Source: Pseudomonadota bacterium (GTDB lineage: Bacteria > Bdellovibrionota > FAC87 > UBA2466). Taken from it: a DNA stretch of 21,097 nucleotides. Below are positions 1-7,039 of the stretch, one piece after another (position 1 is the first letter of the stretch; each line of letters starts with the position of its first letter). Both the position numbers and the translations under genes were made by a program. The DNA lies in contig JAYUGC010000181.1 in assembly GCA_043767805.1 (NCBI GenBank), positions 1 to 21,097 of the forward strand, written 5' to 3'. A model generated the notes under the pieces. The model did no database searches, was not told the DNA's origin, and saw only the letters and a list, made by a program, of their open reading frames with translations.

Positions 1-1
1 T

Positions 2-1396
2 AACCCGAGCATCTCGACAATTACCGCCTATCACCCGTACGGTCCCATCTTTCCCATGGACCCACGCGCGATCGATTCGGTTGGAGACCAGGTGCTAAGC
101 GAGCACCTCTTCGGATTTCATAGCCGCGCCTCAACCCGGGATGGTTTCGCGCCTGTTCTATCGCAAGTCGAGCTAGACCGTTCCAACACGACCGTTCGAA
201 TCACACCCCAACAACCAATTCGCAGAAGCGATGGCAGCGAGGTCAGCTCCACTGACATCTGCAACGCCGTGAAGGAATCATTTCAGGGTACGAGTCATAT
301 TCCTTATAGCTCCCTCCTACGATCCATCGATTGCACCGGTCAAACCGTTAACATCAAAATGACCAAGATTCCGGCAAACATCGAATTCCTATTCACTCTG
401 CCGGACTTTTCCATTTTTGATAAGGCCACACTACCTGTAAAATCTGGCGGTTATGCCCCTACGACTGGACCCTATGTAATTCTAAGTTCGAGTTCCGATG
501 AAGTAATCCTGGGGCGGAATCGATTCTATCCGGCCAACTTGGTGGCCAACGAAATCGATCGGTTATCGTTGCGTTCTTATTCCTCCTCAGATACCGAAAG
601 CTTCGCCCGGAAGTTAGACCCTGCGAAAGATCACTTCGCCTATTTTTTCGGCCACGTTCTTTCTGAGACGTCCAAAGAACTTCTAAGGGAAAGAGGATAT
701 CGACTGAATCTCTACCCTTCTGAATGGCTGATTTACCTCGGGTTCCAACCTGAGGTTAAAATCCAGGACCGGAAAATAGTGGCTTCCTATCTGGACAAAA
801 TTCGTAAGGACCTTTTAGTTATCGCGCCAGCTGGACAGCAGGCTTATTCGATTGCCCCCTCCGATCGTCCTTGGGCTTTAGATGGGCAGCAATACCAGCA
901 TTTGATTGGTAAGACTGGTACAGAAAGTCTACTACCGCTGTCCGAGCCATATACGCTGGGAACTCTAGATCACTGGGCAGAAACTCCTCTGTTTAAGGCA
1001 ACGCTCACAAACCTCTCCCGTCGATTCCCGAACCTCCGGTTGAAGATATATCCCAGGGCGGAAGGATTAGAATTCTATAAATCCTGCGATCTATTCTTGA
1101 CGCCCATCGGGATCTCACCGGCGGACCCTCTTTCGCATCTTTCCTTCTTGAAGTCTTTCTATCGAATTTATAAAGATGTTCTTACCGACGACCGATTGAC
1201 CCTTCTGGCAACCGAAAATGACCCTGGCAAATTCGCGGAAAATGTCAGACAGGTAGAGGTTGAAGTGGCCAGCAAACGGCTAATGGTGCCTCTTGCCCAT
1301 TTTCCAGGGATCGTTGCCGAGTCCCCCTTATTTGAGAAAGATGAGAGCCTTACCTGGTCTTGGGGGATCCAACCGTGGACCTATCGGCTACGCTAA
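2..1396 (+). CDS. ABC-type family-5 (oligopeptide/nickel-like) solute-binding-domain protein, 5'-truncated by the window edge
   Basis: The frame is open from base 2 (NPSISTITAYHPYGPIFPMDP...), so the true start is upstream. Family-5 SBP-like segments: 'RRSDGSEVSSTDICNAV' (F/xSDGxpvTaxDV), 'TTGPYVI' (GTGPY) and 'LGRNRFYP' (LxRNxxY). Confidence 0.65.
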   Translation, partial: NPSISTITAYHPYGPIFPMDPRAIDSVGDQVLSEHLFGFHSRASTRDGFAPVLSQVELDRSNTTVRITPQQPIRRSDGSEVSSTDICNAVKESFQGTSHIPYSSLLRSIDCTGQTVNIKMTKIPANIEFLFTLPDFSIFDKATLPVKSGGYAPTTGPYVILSSSSDEVILGRNRFYPANLVANEIDRLSLRSYSSSDTESFARKLDPAKDHFAYFFGHVLSETSKELLRERGYRLNLYPSEWLIYLGFQPEVKIQDRKIVASYLDKIRKDLLVIAPAGQQAYSIAPSDRPWALDGQQYQHLIGKTGTESLLPLSEPYTLGTLDHWAETPLFKATLTNLSRRFPNLRLKIYPRAEGLEFYKSCDLFLTPIGISPADPLSHLSFLKSFYRIYKDVLTDDRLTLLATENDPGKFAENVRQVEVEVASKRLMVPLAHFPGIVAESPLFEKDESLTWSWGIQPWTYRLR

Positions 1397-2262
1397 ACCA
1401 ACTTACGAGAAAGCTTTGCAAGCCAACGCTTGAGACGTGCCAAGTCCACATCAGAAAAGCATTCGGCATAGAAAACAACTATCGCGTTGTTATTGACGGA
1501 AAAAGTGCGGGCGAGTCAGTTCAGGGCGGCGGAATTTCAAAATCTCTTCTGACAGCCTATGCAAAGGCTTTGGGCGAGTTCGGGGAGGGCCTCGTCTGTT
1601 TGCGAGAAAACCACGACAACCGATCTGGAATGGCCGCCGGACTGCTCTTTTTCCAAGCAGTGGATCGAGCCAAAGCAGAGCTCATCGAGAGGGATGCATT
1701 CCTACATCACTATCGAAATGAAGTCCCGTTTCTAGGGCGGCGCCCACTACAAAGGGCTAAATCAAGGTCATTTATAGCGCCAGTCGCATTCCGGATGGCA
1801 ACGGCCCATCCTGATTGGCACTCTTTCCTTGTGACAGATGACTTGTGTGCAACGGGACAGCGAACTTGCCTCCTCTTCGGTACGGCTGCTGATAGGAACG
1901 AGAAATTGGCACTCCAGCGGGCCCATGACGAATACCAGGTCATCGCCCACGTTCATAACATTCGTCCTTCTCGATGCGCTGAGCTTGCTGGCGACTCTTC
2001 GAGTTCCTCGTCAGCGGATCGACATCATCTTTCCTCACGAGACAGCAGAAATTTAGAAAGGTTCCGAACGCTTTGCTCTCCTATGAGAGCTACCAAAGGT
2101 GGGCGTCAATCCATACACAACCAATGGGAAATTGAACGCCTTCAGAGCCCAATTGAAACGATGGTCTATGCTCGGGTTAGGCACCGCGAACTAACACCCT
2201 TGGTATTCGATATACCAGAAGCTGTTGCAGGGAACACTCCTCTGTACCACCCCTTTTGGTAG
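1375..2262 (+). CDS. Compact YcaO-family protein (ATP-dependent peptide backbone-modifying enzyme family)
   Basis: YcaO-like motifs: 'GGGISKSLLTAYAKALGEFGE', 'RSGMAAG...AKAELIERDAF', 'FGTAADRNEKLALQRAHDEYQ' and Pro-containing C-terminus 'PLYHPFW'. The ORF track starts at TTG 1360. GTG 1375, downstream of GGGGGA, is the more likely start and overlaps the upstream gene. Confidence 0.8.
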   Translation: MDLSATLNQLTRKLCKPTLETCQVHIRKAFGIENNYRVVIDGKSAGESVQGGGISKSLLTAYAKALGEFGEGLVCLRENHDNRSGMAAGLLFFQAVDRAKAELIERDAFLHHYRNEVPFLGRRPLQRAKSRSFIAPVAFRMATAHPDWHSFLVTDDLCATGQRTCLLFGTAADRNEKLALQRAHDEYQVIAHVHNIRPSRCAELAGDSSSSSSADRHHLSSRDSRNLERFRTLCSPMRATKGGRQSIHNQWEIERLQSPIETMVYARVRHRELTPLVFDIPEAVAGNTPLYHPFW

Positions 2263-2337
2263 CTCTGAGTTCTCAATTAAAGCCTCTATCTTTCGCCGGC
2301 AGGTGAAAACTTCGGGACAAGTGCATTAAAACCTACC

Positions 2338-2745
2338 CTACTGGCTTTGCTTTTTTAGTTCCGCGGCAAGCTGCGTCTTCGTGAGCTGCCTCAAGGTTAC
2401 CTTGATGACCATTTCTTCGAGCACGGTCCGGCCAGACACCGTAAGTTCGTCTAAAGCGGGGTCCAACTCAACCCCGTTCAATTCAAGAAACACGAGTGCA
2501 GCAGCGGTCCCAGCTCTTTTGTTTCCGTCTACAAACGGATGATTTTCTACAACATGGTAGAGGTAGGCCGCCGCCATTTCAAAGACGTCCTTGTGCAGAT
2601 AATCGCCCCCAAAACTCGCTTCAGGCTGGGCAATAGCGGATTGCAACAGCCCTTGATCCCGCACTCCATGGCTTCCACCATAGCAGTCGATCTGATTCTC
2701 ATGGATCTTGAGAACCTCTTCCAAAGTTAGGAAATAAGGAGGCAT
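2338..2745 (-). CDS. doc: Death-on-curing (Doc/Fic family) type II toxin
   Basis: 135 aa with Doc-type motif HPFVDGNKRAG and typical N-terminus 'LTLEEVLKIH...YGGSHGVRDQGLLQSAIAQP'. Shine-Dalgarno not obvious. Lies directly downstream of an antitoxin gene. Confidence 0.93.
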   Translation of the reverse strand: MPPYFLTLEEVLKIHENQIDCYGGSHGVRDQGLLQSAIAQPEASFGGDYLHKDVFEMAAAYLYHVVENHPFVDGNKRAGTAAALVFLELNGVELDPALDELTVSGRTVLEEMVIKVTLRQLTKTQLAAELKKQSQ

Positions 2746-2759
2746 CTCGGTGAACGTTT

Positions 2760-2990
2760 CTATTTAGCCAGGTTCCGGAGGGTCTTGCCGTAACGGCCAT
2801 TCACTTTTTTCAAAGCCTCATCGAGGCGGGCACCCCTCGCCTTGCGATCGAGCGGCCGGATTTGGAGACTACATCCATCGATAGTAGAAATTTCGAGCGA
2901 AGTCCCCTCATCGATCTTGAGAAGATCGAGAATGGGTTTATCGAGGATTAAAGCCAAGCTATTTCCATGACGAGTCAGTTTCTTCACCAT
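2760..2990 (-). CDS. AbrB/MazE-family antitoxin (Doc partner)
   Basis: 'MVKKLTRHGNSLALILDKPILDLLKIDEGTSLEI' is a swapped-hairpin AbrB/MazE N-terminus. It ends 14 bp upstream of doc. ATG 2990 is preferred over the track's 3020 start, which lies inside the promoter. Confidence 0.88.
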   Translation of the reverse strand: MVKKLTRHGNSLALILDKPILDLLKIDEGTSLEISTIDGCSLQIRPLDRKARGARLDEALKKVNGRYGKTLRNLAK

Positions 2991-2995
2991 AGTGA

Positions 2996-3028
2996 ATACA
3001 TTGTATATACAATGTATCACCTAGTCAA
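2996..3028 (-). promoter_or_regulatory. Sigma70-type promoter of the TA operon overlapped by a perfect 22-bp palindromic operator
   Basis: Minus strand reads TTGACT (3028-3023), 17 bp, TACAAT (3005-3000). The perfect palindrome ATACATTGTATATACAATGTAT at 2996-3017 covers the -10 box. Confidence 0.8.
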
Positions 3029-3182
3029 TGTTTCACTGTCAAGAATTTGTTTTTATTGAAGAATCGGGCTGGTCGAATTTGACGGACTGGTCTCTCAAAT
3101 GCCTTTAGAGAAACCCCCTGGTTCCTAGATGGGGTTTCAAGGAATGCCGATCTGACTTGAACGTAAGTTTATTAAAGCAGAA

Positions 3183-3643
3183 TTGACAAGCGAACCGATC
3201 GAAACAAATGAACAGGTAAAAGCGATTGTAGAAATGTACCGAAAGAGATGTGGCTTATCGAGGAGTTCTTTAAAGCCCTGAAAACGGGGTATGACTATGA
3301 AAATCGGCAACTCGAGAGCAAGAAAACGCTTCTCAATACACTCGCCATTTTTTCTCCGTTAGCAGTGCAAATGCTGCTACTTCGATCTCTTTCTCGGACG
3401 AACCAGCGAATTCCTCTGGAATGTGCGTCTACCAAATCGCAAATCGCGGTGCTTCGAAGATTTTCCGAAGTAAAATTGCCGAAAAGGCTCGGAACACATA
3501 CTGCATTCTTAGCTGTTGTTACGATGGGTGGTCACATAAAAAGTAACGGCCCACCAGGATGGCTAGTCATATGGCGCGGATTTAGCAGACTTCTGGTCCT
3601 GGAATCTACGTGGGTTGCGGCTCTTGAAGGATGTGATCGATGA
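3183..3643 (+). pseudogene. IS4-family (IS50/Tn5-like) transposase remnant, C-terminal part only, frameshifted
   Basis: The frame from 3183 reads LTSEPIETNEQVKAIVEMYRKR. After 2 extra bases (TG, 3249-3250) it continues WLIEEFFKALKTG..E.RQL, restoring the YREK motif. It ends with 'MGGHIKSNGPPGWLVIWRGFSRL', like the Tn5 dimerisation domain. The N-terminal part is absent. Confidence 0.9.
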
Positions 3644-3647
3644 TCAG
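3629..3647 (-). mobile_element. Right terminal inverted repeat of the IS4 remnant
   Basis: Read inward: CTGATCATCGATCACATCC, 19 bp overlapping the transposase stop. It shares CTG...CACATC with Tn5/IS50-type 19-bp ends. Confidence 0.65.
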
Positions 3648-3915
3648 TCCTCAAGGAAGGCTGCTCTCCTACCCACCTGTAATTGCGGCGGTTTAAACGC
3701 TGTGTTTGAACTTCGTCCCTCGGAAAAGGGCTCTGGCCGTGCTTTTCCAAACCTTGATATTCGGGACTAACAGCTGATAACGGGTTTTGGGGCGCACCTA
3801 AAAGCCTCATCTGTCACGTGCTAGAATTAGATTTGTTAGATACAATTTCAAAGCTCGCTTCACCGTTATCAATCCCAACTAAAACGAACTGACCTTCTCT
3901 TTCGGAGACATCTCT

Positions 3916-5610
3916 ATGAAGACCCTTGTGGGTTTCGGACCGCTCCTTGTGGCGTTGTGTGGCCTTATTTCGCAGAACGCTGCGGCAGGCTCTCGCCTCA
4001 TCAACGGCATTCCCGTGGGTCCAGGCACCTGGAAGGAAGTAATCCGCATTCGCTCCGATGGAGCCGGATGCACGGCAACGGTCGTCGGACCGCGCACCAT
4101 CATCACGGCCGCCCACTGCGCCAAGACGGGAGGCACCGCTACCTTCACCTTAGATGGCAAAGATTACAGCGCCGTAATGACCCGTAGCACGGTGTACCCC
4201 GGGCAAGACCACGACGTCTCCTTAGGACTCGTGACCCCGGAAATCACGGGCATCACGCCCGCCACCATCGGCGGCACCGCGAGCGTCGGCCTCGGCATCA
4301 CGCTCCTCGGCTACGGCTGCGTGAACGCGGGCGGCGGCGGCGGCAACGACGGCGTGCTTCGCATCGGCGACTCAGCCATCATCGAGTTCTCCGGCTTCGA
4401 CATGGTCAGCAAGAAAGCCGGCGGCGCTGCCCTCTGCTTCGGCGACTCGGGCGGACCGGCCTTCCTCGTCAACGGCACGAAGAAAACTTTGCTCGGCATC
4501 AACTCCAAAGGAAACATCCAGGACACGAACTACAACGCCCGCCTGGATAGCGACGAGAGCAAAAAGTTCTTCACCAAATGGACGGGCGACAACAACAACG
4601 CGCAAATCTGCGGCGTGAACCTGCAATGCGGCGGCGTCGATCCCGTCGACCCCGCGCCCACCTGCACCCTCAGCGCGAATCCCTCCACCTTTAAAGTCGG
4701 CGAACAAACTTCCATCGCCCTCATCGGCAGCGGCAAGATCACCGCAGCGAGAATCAACGGCAAAACGGTCACCTTCCCCACGGGCAGCACCGTGGAAGTC
4801 GGCAACGCCGCCGGTAACTTCACCGCTCAAGGCGAAGTCGTCGGACCCGGCGGCACGGGAACCTGCACCGCGAGCTACACCGTTCAAGGCGGAGGCCCCG
4901 GCCCCACCGCTCCTTCTTGTACGCTTACCGCGACGCCTCAAAACGTGAAAAAAGGCGAGACCGTCACGCTGGAAATCAACGTCACGGGACAGGCTAACAA
5001 CGCGACCATCGACGGCACGCCTGTTTCTGTTCCCACCGGCAAGAAGATGCTGCAACCGAACAACGTCGGCGTGTTCACGGCCTCCGCGAACGCCACCGGC
5101 AACGGCGGCACGGGCAGCTGCTCGGCGACCTACGAGGTCACCGAAGGCCAGGATCCCATCGATCCGACGGCCCCGAACTTCGCCATCATCGACTCGTATT
5201 GCGGCACGAACACCCTCAGCACCAAAGTCACCAAGGTTTGCTTAGGCGTCGTGAAAAAAGACGCCTCGGTCGGAAGCCTCAGAGTGACTCACGTCGTGAG
5301 CATCACCTACTTCGACAACAACGGCGTACAGCAAACGGAGCGTCTGCCCATCATCGCGTCCGCTCCGCGCGCGCAACAACAGGGCGAGACCTCGACGAAG
5401 GAAGACCTCACGCTCTACACGAACACGATGATCGCCGCCGCGAACTATGCCGTGATGGATACGCGCAAAGCCATCCTCACCAAGTTCGGCGCGACGCCCA
5501 TCGCTCTCGAAGGCAGAAACTCCACGGGTCAGTACTTCATCGTGGACTTGAAGTTACCGGGCGTCGTGCAAACGCCGAAGCCGGTTACGTCTCGCTGGTC
5601 CTTCTACTAA
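3916..5610 (+). CDS. Secreted S1 (chymotrypsin-fold) serine protease with two tandem beta-rich modules and an unknown C-terminal domain
   Basis: Signal peptide, mature N-terminus-like 'R/LING', and catalytic triad motifs TAAHC, HDVSL and GDSGGP. GGAGA Shine-Dalgarno upstream. Confidence 0.92.
   Translation: MKTLVGFGPLLVALCGLISQNAAAGSRLINGIPVGPGTWKEVIRIRSDGAGCTATVVGPRTIITAAHCAKTGGTATFTLDGKDYSAVMTRSTVYPGQDHDVSLGLVTPEITGITPATIGGTASVGLGITLLGYGCVNAGGGGGNDGVLRIGDSAIIEFSGFDMVSKKAGGAALCFGDSGGPAFLVNGTKKTLLGINSKGNIQDTNYNARLDSDESKKFFTKWTGDNNNAQICGVNLQCGGVDPVDPAPTCTLSANPSTFKVGEQTSIALIGSGKITAARINGKTVTFPTGSTVEVGNAAGNFTAQGEVVGPGGTGTCTASYTVQGGGPGPTAPSCTLTATPQNVKKGETVTLEINVTGQANNATIDGTPVSVPTGKKMLQPNNVGVFTASANATGNGGTGSCSATYEVTEGQDPIDPTAPNFAIIDSYCGTNTLSTKVTKVCLGVVKKDASVGSLRVTHVVSITYFDNNGVQQTERLPIIASAPRAQQQGETSTKEDLTLYTNTMIAAANYAVMDTRKAILTKFGATPIALEGRNSTGQYFIVDLKLPGVVQTPKPVTSRWSFY
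4654..5139 (+). repeat. Two 77-aa tandem domain repeats in the protease (4654-4884 and 4909-5139)
   Basis: APTCTLSANP...PTG...GPGGTGTCTASYTV aligns without gaps to APSCTLTATP...PTG...GNGGTGSCSATYEV. They are separated by a G/P linker. Confidence 0.9.
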
Positions 5611-5623
5611 GCAAACGCTCTTG

Positions 5624-5663
5624 GGGCTGGATGGCGCGCGGCGCCGTCCAGCCCTTTTTTTTT
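5624..5663 (+). terminator. Rho-independent terminator after the protease gene
   Basis: 14-bp stem GGGCTGGATGGCGC / GCGCCGTCCAGCCC (one G-U pair), 3-nt loop, followed by 9 T. Confidence 0.93.
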
Positions 5664-5748
5664 GCCCAAATGACGCCATCCATCTCGGACGTCTTCTTGA
5701 CTCTTTACCTTAGAAAACCGAGAGTTAGGGCCAGGAAGGATGGATCAC

Positions 5749-7038
5749 ATGAAAAACCTAGCTCTCGCGCTTCTCTGTCTCGGCACCTCGGCTTTTGCCA
5801 CCAACGGAAACCATTTCATCGGAGTTTCCCCGGCGGGAACCGCCATGGGAGGTACGGGGGTCGCGAATTTCACGAACTCCATCGACGCTCTTCACAAAAA
5901 CCCGGCCTTGCTCACCAATCCCAATCTCGGAAAAAAAGTGAATGCGGAGGTCGCGTTCCTCTACATCAAGAACAACGCCTCGGTGACGGCTGGCGACAAT
6001 GCCGGAGCCTCCGGTCTGCTCAGAGAAAGCACGGCGGGATCCAAGTTCTCCCCAAGCTTCGGCGCGAGCTACTCCTACAACGAAAAACTTTCCGTCGGTA
6101 TCGGCCTTTTGACCTTCGGCGGCGCCGTGGTCGATTATGCCGGCGATGCCGAGCTCAATCAGCTGAAAACTCACAACAGTCTTATCCGGCTGATTCCCGC
6201 GGTTTCCTATCGCTTCAGCGATTTCGCGACTGTCGGCATCTCTCCGTATCTTTCGTATGGCTCACTCTCCCTCAACCACTCGAATCCTCCGGGCTCCGTG
6301 GGCACGGCGCAAACGAATCGCGCGCCTCACGCGGCCACCGGCATCGGCGGCCTTATCGGTGGCGCCATTCATCCCATGAATGGCCTGACGATCGGACTTA
6401 CCTATAATTTCGAGTCGAACCTGACCTACAAAGAAGTCATGAACCTCGATGCCTTCGGACCGGCGGCCCTCTCGGCGCCGACCGCGCTCGCCACCGCGGC
6501 TCTCGACGACATCCAGGCGCAGCAGCCTCAGGAAATCGCCCTCGGCGTAGGTTACATGGTCACGCAAGAGCTCACGGTCACCGCCGACTATCGCAACATC
6601 GCGTGGAACTCGGCGAAAGCCTTCCGCGAGCTCGGCTGGCAAAACCAAAACATCATCGCCTTGGGCGCTCAGTACCAGATGCATCTCTGGAAGTTCAGAG
6701 CGGGCTTCAACTACGGTAAGTCCCCGATCAGAGACGGCGCCGCGGAATCGCCGGCCAATGTCGTCGACTTCCAGGGCCACTCCGTGTTTCCGCAAAGCAT
6801 CTCGGTTCTGGACCTCGTTGCCTTCCCGGCCTTCACCGACGCTCACATAACGTTCGGCGCGGGCTATGAAGTAAACACCGACTTGCGCTTGGATCTCGAC
6901 GTAGTCCTCGGCTTGAGCAGAACGGTTATGCGTTCCGGTACGGGCGCCAACCCGCTCACTGGAGCGGCGGGCGGCTATTTGTACACGGGAACCGCCTCGC
7001 AGTTCTCGATCGGCTTAGGCGGCGTTTACACGCTGTAA
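5749..7038 (+). CDS. OmpP1/FadL/TodX-family outer membrane transport protein
   Basis: Signal peptide ending 'AFA', hatch-like 'TNGNHFIGVSPAGTAMGGTGVA...NPALL', amphipathic beta strands and C-terminal 'GLGGVYTL'. ATG 5749 follows AGGAAGGA (track start 5740). Confidence 0.88.
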   Translation: MKNLALALLCLGTSAFATNGNHFIGVSPAGTAMGGTGVANFTNSIDALHKNPALLTNPNLGKKVNAEVAFLYIKNNASVTAGDNAGASGLLRESTAGSKFSPSFGASYSYNEKLSVGIGLLTFGGAVVDYAGDAELNQLKTHNSLIRLIPAVSYRFSDFATVGISPYLSYGSLSLNHSNPPGSVGTAQTNRAPHAATGIGGLIGGAIHPMNGLTIGLTYNFESNLTYKEVMNLDAFGPAALSAPTALATAALDDIQAQQPQEIALGVGYMVTQELTVTADYRNIAWNSAKAFRELGWQNQNIIALGAQYQMHLWKFRAGFNYGKSPIRDGAAESPANVVDFQGHSVFPQSISVLDLVAFPAFTDAHITFGAGYEVNTDLRLDLDVVLGLSRTVMRSGTGANPLTGAAGGYLYTGTASQFSIGLGGVYTL

Positions 7039-7039
7039 G

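Noticed and set aside
2291..2308. Small hairpin TTTCGCC-GGCA-GGTGAAA between convergent YcaO and doc genes
   Set aside because: The stem is weak and there is no clear U-tract. It may be a terminator but is unsupported.
3110..3138. Hairpin GAAACCCC...GGGGTTTC between the TA promoter and the IS remnant
   Set aside because: Single copy, no U-tract and no associated gene end. It cannot be assigned as a terminator, REP or IS200/605 end.
3650..3915. Possible riboswitch (for example c-di-GMP-I) upstream of the protease
   Set aside because: Only a modest hairpin (GGAAAAG...CTTTTCC) is present, with no recognisable conserved aptamer motif.
5199..6407. 402-aa alternative-frame ORF spanning the protease end and the FadL gene
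   Set aside because: Arg/His-rich shadow frame of GC-rich genes that runs through a clear terminator.
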